The notes: generated from the sequence alone by a model not told the origin. A DNA stretch of 42,752 nt from an uncultured Thermoleophilia bacterium (GCA_963715985.1 CAVQSP010000002.1:1-42752); one strand, 5' to 3'; positions 9,299 to 18,238 are shown, numbered from the stretch's first letter. Translations and numbers: made by a program.

Positions 9299-10000
9299 GT
9301 GAGGACCCCGGTGACAGACACCGCCCAGCCCGCCATCGACGGCATCAGCGTGAGCATCGATGCCGAGGCGGTACGCGTCTCCAGCGCGCGCCCGCTGCGG
9401 ATGCTGAGCTCCGCCGTGCTCGGCGGCGGTTTCGCCGAGGCCTGCGACATCGTCAACGTCCACGTGGACAAGGACTACGACGGCGACCGCCCGGAGGACG
9501 AGCTGGCGGCGTATGCGGCTCGGCACGGCGCCGCGGCCGGTGCAGTAGGCCTGATGACGGCTGCGGAGACGCAGTTCGCGGCACTCGAGGTGGCCGAACG
9601 TGACGGCCGCACCGTGGCGGCCGTCGTCTCGATGGGGCTGAGCAACGTCGCCAGCGCCGGGGTCACCCCTCCGGCACCTCCCCCGCCGGGCACGATCAAC
9701 GCCATCGTCCTCGTCGACGGCCTGCTCGCGCCGGCGGCCATGGTCAACGCAGTGATCACGGTGACGGAAGCCAAGGCGCTGGCGCTCGCCGCCTGGGACG
9801 TGCGCACGCCCGAGGGCGACCCGGCCGCCGGCACGTCGACAGACTCGGTCGTGATCGCCTGCACGGGCACCGGCGACGAGCTGCAGTACGCGGGGACGGC
9901 CACCACCGTCGGGTGGCTCATCGCACGCACTGTGCGCGACGCCGTCGACCGTATCTGTCGCGAGAAGTGCGCCAGGGACGGCGGCCGCTTCGGCTGGTGA
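9299..10000 (+). CDS. cbiZ: Adenosylcobinamide amidohydrolase (start may be GTG at 9311)
   Basis: LSSAVLGGG, VGLMTAA, GTINAIVLV, NAVITVTEAK and GTSTDSV motifs typical of CbiZ. Confidence 0.88.
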   Translation: MRTPVTDTAQPAIDGISVSIDAEAVRVSSARPLRMLSSAVLGGGFAEACDIVNVHVDKDYDGDRPEDELAAYAARHGAAAGAVGLMTAAETQFAALEVAERDGRTVAAVVSMGLSNVASAGVTPPAPPPPGTINAIVLVDGLLAPAAMVNAVITVTEAKALALAAWDVRTPEGDPAAGTSTDSVVIACTGTGDELQYAGTATTVGWLIARTVRDAVDRICREKCARDGGRFGW

Positions 10001-10132
10001 CGACGGCGCCGGCGGCGCTCACGCGCGCAGCGCCGGTGCACCCGCCACCCCCGCCCCGCCGCTCTCCCGGGCCCCACAACGTGAAGAGCGGCTCCCGCCC
10101 TCGGGGCCGAAGCCGCTCCAGGTCTGGACCGC

Positions 10133-10200
10133 GCCGGGACTCACGTGCCGGGACTCACGTGCCGGGACTCACGTGCCGGGACTCACGTGCCGGGACTCAC
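10133..10200. repeat. Perfect 14-bp tandem repeat (GCCGGGACTCACGT) x4 plus a 12-bp partial copy
   Basis: Read directly; the last partial copy contains the stop codon of the CMD gene. Confidence 0.95.
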
Positions 10201-10520
10201 CGGCCGGCGGCCAGCACCTCGTCGATCCAGCCGAGACCGGCGATGGCCGTCGGGAACCCGCAGGTGGTGACGGCCAGAAGCGCCACGTGACGGACCTCGT
10301 CGGCGGAGGCGCCGGCGGCCAGCGCCTTTCTGGCGTTGGAGCGCACCGCACCCTCGGCCAGACCGCCCACGGCCAGCCCGAGCTTGACGAGACGGGCGGT
10401 GCGCTCGTCCAGCGGGCCTGCCTGGTCAGCGGCCTCGCCGAGGCCGTCGAGAGCACCGGCCACGCCGGGGAACGACTCGCGGAATCTCAGGTACACGTCG
10501 GGGAGATGTCCGTCACTCAT
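10197..10520 (-). CDS. Carboxymuconolactone decarboxylase (CMD/AhpD-like) family protein
   Basis: GPLDERTARLVKLGLAVG...VRSNARKALAAGASADEV...TTCGFP; GGAGG RBS. Confidence 0.9.
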   Translation of the reverse strand: MSDGHLPDVYLRFRESFPGVAGALDGLGEAADQAGPLDERTARLVKLGLAVGGLAEGAVRSNARKALAAGASADEVRHVALLAVTTCGFPTAIAGLGWIDEVLAAGR

Positions 10521-10581
10521 GGCTATCCTCCTGTCTCTCGCGCCGTGAGGCGCGAGGCGTTGCTCCCGGTGGGAGACCTCG

Positions 10582-10869
10582 TCACACGGCAGAGTCCATC
10601 GCGTGCTCGAGCACCGTCACGCGCGGCGTCGAGACGTTGCTGGTGGACCACTCCATCGCCTGGTGCAGTTCGAGCGACGTGGCGAAGTCGCGGGCACGCT
10701 CCGTGGTGTCCCACTCGAGCAGGATGATGACGTTCAAGGGATCGTCACTGGCGCGGAACACGTGACCGCCGAGGGAGCCGAAGCGCCTGCGGCGGTCGGC
10801 GTCGTCCAGGTAGACCTCCTTGAACGTCTCGTAGTCTGCCACCTGATGCTCGATGAGCACGTAGGCCAT
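10582..10869 (-). CDS. Small ferredoxin-like-fold (ABM/'cyclase'-type) protein
   Basis: HQVADYETFKEVY...VFRASDDPLNVIILLEWD pattern; GGAGG RBS. Confidence 0.75.
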   Translation of the reverse strand: MAYVLIEHQVADYETFKEVYLDDADRRRRFGSLGGHVFRASDDPLNVIILLEWDTTERARDFATSLELHQAMEWSTSNVSTPRVTVLEHAMDSAV

Positions 10870-11055
10870 GACGCTCCCTCCACCGTCCTGGCGGCCCGCA
10901 GCCGTGTCGCCCCCGCACCCCGGGCCGCATCTCGTTCCCGAAGGTATGTACCCACCTGAGCCCAGTCCACGCGCGAGCGGGCCGGGAGCCTCTTGGTGGC
11001 TCCCGGCCCGCTGTGCCGTGCTGTGTGGCGCAGGCTGAAGAAGCCCGCGGGTGAC

Positions 11056-12039
11056 TCAGTACAAGGAGCCCTGACCGTAGGGGTCGCTGTAGGGGTCGCT
11101 GTAGGGGTCGCTGTACGGGTCGCTGTACGGGTCGCTGTACGGGTCGCTGTTGCCCTGACCGTAGGGATCGCTGTACGGGTCACTGTAGGACGGGTCCGTG
11201 GTCTGCGGCTGCGCCTGCTGCAGCTGGCCCGACTTGATCTGCTCCATGACCTGCACGGCGGTGTTGATGGGCACGGCGAAGCCGATGCCCTCGTTGCCGC
11301 CAGACTGCGTGTCGATCTGCTCGTTGATGCCGATGACCTTGCCGCTCGCATCGAACAGCGGGCCGCCCGAGTTGCCGGGGTTGATGGCCGCGTCGGTCTG
11401 GATGCCGCCGGTGATGGTGGCGCCGTTGGGCGACTGCAGTTCACGGTTCACGGCGGAGACCACGCCCGACGAGAGTGAGAGGTCCAGGCCCAGCGGGTTG
11501 CCGATGGCCACGACCGCCTCGCCGACCTTCACCTGGGTGGAGTCGCCGAGCTGCACGGGCTTGAGGCTGACGGCCTGGCTGGGGTCGACCTTGACCAGCG
11601 CCACGTCGGTCGACTCGTCGGCGCCGACGACGGTCCCCTGCACCGTGGTCTGCTGGGAGTCCGCGCCCTTGAAGATCACGTCGACGGTGCTCACGGCCTG
11701 GCCGCTCTCACTGACCACGTGAGCGTTGGTGAGGATGTAGCCGTCCTCCGACACCACGAAGCCGGTGCCCAGGGCCTGGCCGCCGCCCGAGGACTGGCCC
11801 CAGATGTCGGTCGTGCCGGGGAAGGTGGCCACAATCTGCACCACGCTGCCGGCGTTCTGGTCGTAGATCTGCTGTGGGTCGAGCCCGGATGAGGGCTGAT
11901 AGGCCGCGTACGAGGTCTGCAGGGCGCCGCTGGTCGCGGTCTGCCCGCCGGTCAAACCCAGGGCGGTGGCTCCCACAAAGAGCACTGCGGCTCCCGCGAA
12001 ACCGGCACCCATCGTCAAGAGGAATCGTTTGAAGCGCAT
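11056..12039 (-). CDS. HtrA-like S1C trypsin-family serine protease without PDZ domain, with (SDPY)n tail
   Basis: Signal/TM anchor, GTGFVV, ILTNAHVV, DVALVK, AIGNPLG, IQTDAAINPGNSGGPL, GIGFAVP. Confidence 0.93.
   Translation of the reverse strand: MRFKRFLLTMGAGFAGAAVLFVGATALGLTGGQTATSGALQTSYAAYQPSSGLDPQQIYDQNAGSVVQIVATFPGTTDIWGQSSGGGQALGTGFVVSEDGYILTNAHVVSESGQAVSTVDVIFKGADSQQTTVQGTVVGADESTDVALVKVDPSQAVSLKPVQLGDSTQVKVGEAVVAIGNPLGLDLSLSSGVVSAVNRELQSPNGATITGGIQTDAAINPGNSGGPLFDASGKVIGINEQIDTQSGGNEGIGFAVPINTAVQVMEQIKSGQLQQAQPQTTDPSYSDPYSDPYGQGNSDPYSDPYSDPYSDPYSDPYSDPYGQGSLY
11077..11184 (-). repeat. 12-bp coding tandem repeat encoding SDPY x8 (2 + 6 copies split by GQGN)
   Basis: Plus-strand units GTAGGGGTCGCT x3 and GTACGGGTCGCT x3, then a 12-bp spacer and two variant units. 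Confidence 0.95.
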
Positions 12040-12210
12040 GTGTGTGCTGCCTTTCCCCGTCCCGGGCGCCCGCAGGCAGGCCGGAGAGCGGAAGTCCATG
12101 GCGCTCCCGCCACCGTGACGGGAGCCGCCGCAGAGACGCAAGAAGCTGGTCCGAGAACGCCCCGGAGCGTGGGGCGTGTGGCGTCTCGAAGGAGAAGCTA
12201 CCGCAGCACT

Positions 12211-12238
12211 CTGGGAAACTCCTGAGAGACTCCTGAGG
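12211..12238 (-). promoter_or_regulatory. Three hexamer direct repeats at 11-bp period; MprA/OmpR-family response regulator box upstream of the HtrA gene
   Basis: Minus strand CCTCAG-gagtc-TCTCAG-gagtt-TCCCAG. Confidence 0.65.
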
Positions 12239-12282
12239 TGGCCCTGTGACGTGCGCGGCGCCGGCGCAAGCTCAGGGACCTG

Positions 12283-12328
12283 GGCGCCGGGGTGGGGGGT
12301 CAGGCGCCGGGGTGGGGGCTCAGGCGCC
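12283..12328. repeat. 20-bp G-rich tandem duplication across the PHP gene stop codon
   Basis: GGCGCCGGGGTGGGGGGTCA / GGCGCCGGGGTGGGGGCTCA / GGCGCC. Confidence 0.8.
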
Positions 12329-13159
12329 CGGGAACGGCACGACGGCGCGGTCCGAGAGCCTGAGCGCGCCCTCGTAGCCGGTGGCGCGGGCCAGGCCGAT
12401 GGCCTCGGCCCACAACCGGCCCACGTGCGCCGCCTCGTGGGCGTCGGAGTCCACCACGAGCGGGATGTCGCGCTCGCGGGCGGCGCGCAGGATGGCCGGC
12501 GACGGGTACATCACGCCGGCCGGGTCGCTGATGCGGTCGGTATTGAGCTCGAGGGCGGCGCCGGAGGCGGCCAGCGCGTCGAGGGCCGCCTCGATGTACC
12601 GCTGCACCGAGGGGCCGGGGACGTGCCCCCACAGACTGATGTAGTCGATGTGGGCGAGCACGTCGAAGCCCCCGGCCTCCACAGCGCGGCGCACGGTCCG
12701 GTAGTACGCGGCCAGAAAGGCGTCCGCGTCCTTCCAGCGCGGGTCGTCGCGCAGGTCCGGGTCGTCGAAGGCGAAGCCGTCCACCGTGTGCACGCCGAGG
12801 ACGACCGCGTCGAACGGCCAGGCGGCGAGAAGGGCACCGAGCTCGGCCTCGTGCCCCGGCACGTACTCGGCCTCGAGCGCCAGGAGCACCTTGATCTGCG
12901 CGTGGCGCGCAGCCGCGTCGTGCACCTCCTCGATGTACCGCTCCATGAGGGCGAGCGGCATGCTGGCCGTGTCCCATCCGGCCGTCCGCACGGCCGAGAC
13001 GTGGTCGGCGATGGCGATCTCCGGCAGGCCGAGCGAGATGGCCTGCGCCACGCACTCCTCCACCGTGCCGGTGCCGTCCGAGAACGTGGTGTGCACGTGG
13101 TAGTCGCCCGGCAGGGCCGGCGCCGGCCGCGCGACCCGGGTGTCGCCGGAGGCGCTCAC
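12320..13159 (-). CDS. PHP-domain phosphatase, histidinol-phosphatase HisJ-like
   Basis: DYHVHTTFSDG, IADH, LEAEY, GVH, LAHID, LELNT, DSDAH; GTGA overlap with the upstream gene. Confidence 0.88.
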   Translation of the reverse strand: MSASGDTRVARPAPALPGDYHVHTTFSDGTGTVEECVAQAISLGLPEIAIADHVSAVRTAGWDTASMPLALMERYIEEVHDAAARHAQIKVLLALEAEYVPGHEAELGALLAAWPFDAVVLGVHTVDGFAFDDPDLRDDPRWKDADAFLAAYYRTVRRAVEAGGFDVLAHIDYISLWGHVPGPSVQRYIEAALDALAASGAALELNTDRISDPAGVMYPSPAILRAARERDIPLVVDSDAHEAAHVGRLWAEAIGLARATGYEGALRLSDRAVVPFPGA

Positions 13160-15009
13160 CCCTCGTCCTCGTCACGCAGGGCGGCGCGGTGCCGTCTGAC
13201 GAGCAGCCAGATGGCCACGGCGGTCGCGGCCAGCACCAGAGCCAGCGCGATCAGCTGGCTCGTCTTCGACACTCCGGTCTGGGCCGGCACGGCCGCAGTC
13301 TTGGTCTTGAGGTCGGTGTAGCTCTGGCGGTCGAGGAAGTTGTTCCACACGCTGCCCTGGACGTAGGGCTGCCAGCCCTCCCACTTGTCGACGTTCACCG
13401 CCTGGAGCACGGACGGGTAGTCGATGACGATCATCGGCTGCTCGTCGTACATGATCTGCTGCATCTGCTTGAGGAGCTCGATGCGCTTCTGCGTGTCCAT
13501 CTCCTGGTACTGCTGCGTGCAGAGCCTGTCGTAGCGCTTGTTCGACCAGCACATCTCGTTGAGGTTGCCGATCTGGTCGGTGGTGAAGCAGGCGGCGGAG
13601 TCGCCGGGGTCGATATAGCCCATGAAGTCCCAGAGCGCGAGGTCGTAGTCGGGGGCGAAGGTGTCGCCCTTGAAGTTCCACATGTCGTCGCCGAGGGCGC
13701 CCTCGTCCACCACCGAGTACTCGATCTCGAGGCCGAGGTCGCCGAGCCAGCCGGCGATCAGCTTGCCCTGGACCTGGCTCTCCGGGGAGATGTCGCGAGC
13801 CCACAGGCGCAGCTTGATGGGCTTACCCTCCTTGTCCTCGCGGATGCCGTCGCCGTCGCTGTCTTTGTAGCCGGCCTCGTCCATCAGCTGCTTCGCCTTC
13901 TCGAGGTCGAAGCCGATGGTCGTCTCCGGGCTCGGCTGGAAGTACGGGTCGAACGTCGCCGGCCAGCCCTTCTTGGGGTAGATCCCGTAGCCGGGGTCGG
14001 CGAGGCCGCTCCAGCCCAGCGCCGCGCACTTGGCGCGGTCGATGGCCCAGGCCATGGCCACGCGGAAGCGCGCGTCCTTGAGCACCGGATTGCCCAGCGA
14101 GTCCGGGCTGTCGTAGCAGTTGACGTCGATGTACTCCCAGTTGTAGAGCGGGTACGCGATGTCCTTCAGTCCCGGCTCGCTCTCCAGGCGCTTGAACTGC
14201 TCCGGGGGGATGACCTGGGCGCCATCGATGGCGCCGCTCTTGAGGTCCTGCACCATCGTGTCCGAGTTCGTGTAGTACTGGAAGATGACCTCGTCGAGGG
14301 TGGGTTGCGTGCCCCAGTAGCCGGGGTTGCGCACCATCTTGATGTAGCCGTCCTTCTTGAACTCCACGCACTGGAACGGGCCCGAGCCGACGATGGGCGG
14401 ATCGTTGCGGTACGTGTTGGCCGCGGCTTTGGGAGAGACCTTGCTCCAGATGTGCTCAGGCAGCACGTAGATGTAGACCTGCGTGAGCAGCATGTTGGCC
14501 TTGGGCCGGTCGCAGTACACCTTGAGTGTGGTGTCGTCGACGGCCACGGCCTTGGTGACGTTCTTCAGGTAGACGGCGACGCTCATGTCGTTGTCGATGA
14601 TGTAGTTGAAGGTGAAGGCCACGTCGCGCGCGGTGAGCGGCTCACCGTCCTGCCACTTCACGCCGGGACGGATGTGGAAGGTCCACTCCTTGTTGTCGGG
14701 CGAGGTCTCCCAGTCCCGGGCGAGCCCTGTCTCCTTCGAGGGCAGACCGTCGGCGCCCACGCCGACCAGCGTGTCGTAGTTGAGCAGCCAGATCTCGTAC
14801 GACGTGCTGTAGCCGATGAAGGGGTTGAGGTTGAGCGGGCCCTCGCTCCAGCCCAGACGCAGGGTCACCGTGCCGGCCGGCGACGGCGAAGCGGAGGCAG
14901 GGGCCGGATCCGCGCGCCACACGGCCACGCACACCGCCGCCGCCGCCAGGGCGACGAGCAGAACGACGACCGGTCGCACCTCGTGAAGCCTGCGCGCGAA
15001 CGTTGTCAT
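13156..15009 (-). CDS. Family 5 (oligopeptide/dipeptide) ABC substrate-binding protein with C-terminal TM anchor
   Basis: LNPF, NYDTLV, LARDWETSPDNKEWTFHIRPGVKWQDGEPLTARDVAFTF, PIVGSGPF, RNPGYWG; C-terminal hydrophobic helix followed by RRHR. Confidence 0.93.
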   Translation of the reverse strand: MTTFARRLHEVRPVVVLLVALAAAAVCVAVWRADPAPASASPSPAGTVTLRLGWSEGPLNLNPFIGYSTSYEIWLLNYDTLVGVGADGLPSKETGLARDWETSPDNKEWTFHIRPGVKWQDGEPLTARDVAFTFNYIIDNDMSVAVYLKNVTKAVAVDDTTLKVYCDRPKANMLLTQVYIYVLPEHIWSKVSPKAAANTYRNDPPIVGSGPFQCVEFKKDGYIKMVRNPGYWGTQPTLDEVIFQYYTNSDTMVQDLKSGAIDGAQVIPPEQFKRLESEPGLKDIAYPLYNWEYIDVNCYDSPDSLGNPVLKDARFRVAMAWAIDRAKCAALGWSGLADPGYGIYPKKGWPATFDPYFQPSPETTIGFDLEKAKQLMDEAGYKDSDGDGIREDKEGKPIKLRLWARDISPESQVQGKLIAGWLGDLGLEIEYSVVDEGALGDDMWNFKGDTFAPDYDLALWDFMGYIDPGDSAACFTTDQIGNLNEMCWSNKRYDRLCTQQYQEMDTQKRIELLKQMQQIMYDEQPMIVIDYPSVLQAVNVDKWEGWQPYVQGSVWNNFLDRQSYTDLKTKTAAVPAQTGVSKTSQLIALALVLAATAVAIWLLVRRHRAALRDEDEG

Positions 15010-15091
15010 GCCCTCTCTCCCCGGGTCCGCGTCGCCTCGGCGACGGTGGTGGGGCGCCGGCGCCCCACCGGTCCCCTTCAAGCACTGACGA

Positions 15092-15127
15092 CTGCACGGT
15101 AGTCAAAGGGTCGAGAGAGTGTCAATG
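15092..15127 (-). promoter_or_regulatory. Putative sigma70-type promoter, copy 1 of a duplicated 36-bp element
   Basis: Minus strand TTGACA-N18-TACCGT; 34 of 36 nt identical to 17186-17221. Confidence 0.75.
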
Positions 15128-15141
15128 CCCCCGGCGGGCGC

Positions 15142-17104
15142 TCACACGTCGGAGGCCAGCCCGCGGCGGCGGAGCAAGAGCCAGAGCACCAGGACCAGGA
15201 TGACGACGGCCGCCCCCGCAAGCATCCACACCGTGGCTGCCGAGATGGCGCCATCGTCGGCGACGGCGGCCTCGACGGGCTTGAGGTCGACGTAGCTGCG
15301 GCGGTCCAGGAAGTTATGCCATACGCTGCCCTGCGCGTAGGGCTGCCACCCCTTCCACCCGGAGGCGTCCACGGCCTGCAGCAGGGACGGGTAGTCGAGC
15401 ACGATCATGGGCTGCCGCTCGTACATGAGCTGCTGCATCCGCTGCAGGAGGTCGAGACGTTTCTGCTGGTCCATCTCCTTGACCTGCTTGCTGTTGAGGT
15501 CGTCGTAGTCCTCGTTGGACCAGCAGAGGTCGTTGGTCGATCCGATCCTTCCGCTCGTGTAGCGGGCCGCCGTCTCGCCGGGGTCGATGGAGCCGGCGGC
15601 GCTGCGGATCACGAGGTCGTAGTCTGGCGCGAACACCTTCACGCTGGTGACGGTGATCACGGGCAGCCCGCCAGGGCCACGCCGGACCTTGGGCACCTGG
15701 ACGGTCTCGACGTTGTACATGCGGCCGGCCAGTTCGACCGGATCCTTGACCGAGTAGTCGATCTTGAGGCCGATGTCGCGGAGCCACCCCGCGATGAGCT
15801 TGCCCTGCCGCTCGTTCTCCGGCGAGCCGTCCTGGACCCACAGGCGCAGCTTGATGGGCTCATCCTCGTAGTCGCGGATGCCGTCGTCGTCCGTGTCCTT
15901 GTAGCCGGCCTCGTCCAGCAGCGTCCGCGCCCTCTCCGGGTCGAAGCCGATGGCGGTCTGCGGGTCCGGCTCGAAGTAGGGGTCGAAGGTGGGCGGCCAG
16001 CCCGCCTCCGGGTAGATGCCTGCGCCCGGCTGGGCGAATCCCTTCCACCCCTCGGCGGCGCACTGTCTCGCGGTCGATGGCCCAGGCCAGCGCGCGGCGG
16101 AACTTGGCCTCCCGCAGCACCGGGTCGCCGCGCGACGTCTTCGCGCGCAGGCAGTTGATGGCGACGTACTCCCAGTTGTACAGGGGGTAGGCGATGGTCT
16201 TCAGGCCGGCAGTGCCCTCGAGGCCCTTGAACCGCTCTGGAGGCACCGCCTGCGCGCCGTCGATGGCGCCGCTCTTGAGATCCTGAAGCAGGAGGTCGTC
16301 GTCCGAGTAGTACAGGAAGACGACCTCCTCCACCGTGGGCCGGCCTCCCCAGTAGTCCGGGTTCCTCTCCAGTTTGACGTAGCCGCCCGGCTGGAACTTG
16401 ACGGTCTGGAACGGGCCGGAGCCGACGACGGGCGGGTCGTTGTCGTAGGTCGTCGCCGCGTCGTCCGGGTCCACGTCGCTCCACACGTGCCTGGGCAGGA
16501 TGTACACCTGGGCGAGCGCGAGCAGCATGTCCGCCTTGGCGCGCTCGCAGTACACCTTGACCGCGGCAGTATCCACGGCCTCGGCGCGCGTGACGCCTTT
16601 GAGGTGCACGCCGCCGCTCATGTCGTTGTCGACGATGTAGTTGAACGTGAAGGCCACATCGCGGGCCGTCAGGGGTTCGCCGTCCTGCCACTTCACGCCG
16701 GGGCGCAGGTGGAACTTCCATGTCTTGCCATCGGCCGAGGACTCCCACGCCTCGGCGAGCCCGGTCTCGGTGGACGGCAGACCGTCGGCGCCGACGCCCA
16801 CGAGGGTGTCGTAGTTGAGGCGCCAGACCTCCTGGGAAGTCCCGGTACCGGTGAAGGGGTTGAGCCTGAGGGGGGTCTCGGTCCAGCCGAGCCGCAGCAC
16901 GAGGGTGGCGGCCGGCGAGGACGACGGGGACGGAGAGGGCGACGAGGAGGATGACGCGGAGGAGGACGCGGATGGTGCGGGAGACCCGCTGGCCGGCGTC
17001 TGCCCGTTGTGCCACCAGGTGAAGCAGACGACGACGGCGACCAGGACGACGAGCAGGGCAACGGCCACGCGCTCCCCCGCGTGCCTGCGTGCGAGCGTTG
17101 TCAT
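15142..17104 (-). CDS. Second family 5 ABC substrate-binding protein (paralog), one apparent frameshift near 16066
   Basis: Same motifs as 13156-15009. Removing one base at GAC CGC GAG A CAG TGC joins ORF 15860-17200 to the frame that ends at 15142. Has a Ser-rich linker and a C-terminal TM helix followed by RRR. Confidence 0.88.
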
Positions 17105-17185
17105 GGTCCTTCTCCCCCGGTCTGCGTGGCCCCAGCGGACGTGGCGGGGCGCCGGCGCCCCGCCGGCGCCTCCGTCGGCTCCGCT

Positions 17186-17221
17186 CTGCACGGTAGTCAA
17201 TGGGTCGAGAGGGTGTCAATG
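17186..17221 (-). promoter_or_regulatory. Putative sigma70-type promoter, copy 2 of the duplicated element
   Basis: Minus strand TTGACA-N18-TACCGT. Confidence 0.75.
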
Positions 17222-17301
17222 GCCGGGGCGGCCACGGCCCTCTGGAAGAATCCGCACGATTGTGTAAACGTCTGTGCGACTCCAAGGTGAAAGGACGCAC
17301 C

Positions 17302-18222
17302 ATGTCACACTTCGGCCCCGAAGAAGCCATCGCTCGTATCGATGACTGGAAGGGCAAGGACGTCCGCTACGAGGAACTCGGCGGCGGCATCACCAACCAC
17401 AACTACATCGTCTGGGTGGACGGCGGACCGCCGCAGGGCGCCAAGTACGTGCTCCGCGTGCCCGGCCAGGGCACGGACATGTTCATCGACCGGGACGTCG
17501 AACGCGACTGCATGATCCAGGCCGACAAGGTGGGCGTCGGCCCGCGCGTCGCCTACCAGATCGACCCCGAAGGCTCTCTCGTGATCGACTTCGTCGAGGG
17601 CGAGATCATGCACCCGGACACCATCGCAGGGCATCCGGAACGCATCAGGCAGGTCGTCGAGACGGTCAAGATCTTCCACGAGAGGGCCGTCTTCAAGAAC
17701 CGGATCGCGCTCTTCGACATGCTGCGCAAGTACACGAAGATCGCTCGCGACATCAACGCCCCGATGCCGCCGGAGCTCGAGTCGCTCCTGCTCGAGATGG
17801 ACGTGATCGAGAAGGCCACCGCGGTCCGCCCACCTGCGGACGTCGCCTGCCACAACGACCTGCTCAGCGAGAACTTCATCGTCGACGCCAACGGCAAGAT
17901 GTGGGTCATCGACTGGGAGTACGGCGGCATGACCGACCCGTACTTCGACCTCGGCGACTTCGTGATGGAGCACCCCTTCACGCGGGAAGAGGAGCGGCTC
18001 ATCATCGCCACCTACTGTGGCGAGATGGACGAGGGCCGCTTCGGCCGCATGATGCTGTACAAGATCGTCTCGGGCGTGTGGTGGGGCGTGTGGGCGATGA
18101 TCCAGAAGACGGTCTCGCACATCGACTTCGACTACATGGAGTGGGGGATGGACCGCATCGTCGATCGCTCGCAGGCCACCGTGGACGACCCCGACTACCA
18201 GAAGTGGCTGGCCGGGGCCTGA
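17302..18222 (+). CDS. Choline/ethanolamine kinase family (APH-like) phosphotransferase
   Basis: LGGGITNHNY, YVLRVPG, Brenner motif CHNDLLSENF, IDWEYGG, DPYFDLG. Confidence 0.88.
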   Translation: MSHFGPEEAIARIDDWKGKDVRYEELGGGITNHNYIVWVDGGPPQGAKYVLRVPGQGTDMFIDRDVERDCMIQADKVGVGPRVAYQIDPEGSLVIDFVEGEIMHPDTIAGHPERIRQVVETVKIFHERAVFKNRIALFDMLRKYTKIARDINAPMPPELESLLLEMDVIEKATAVRPPADVACHNDLLSENFIVDANGKMWVIDWEYGGMTDPYFDLGDFVMEHPFTREEERLIIATYCGEMDEGRFGRMMLYKIVSGVWWGVWAMIQKTVSHIDFDYMEWGMDRIVDRSQATVDDPDYQKWLAGA

Positions 18223-18238
18223 GGCAAGCTCACGGACG

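Noticed and set aside
9191-9310. Cobalamin or SAM riboswitch at cbiZ/metF
   Set aside because: The spacer is too short for a cobalamin riboswitch, and I could not find B12-box or SAM-I/II/SAH consensus elements by eye.
10133-10200. Possible CRISPR array
   Set aside because: Head-to-tail 14-bp units with no spacers and no cas genes; a simple tandem repeat. The same applies to the coding repeat at 11077-11184.
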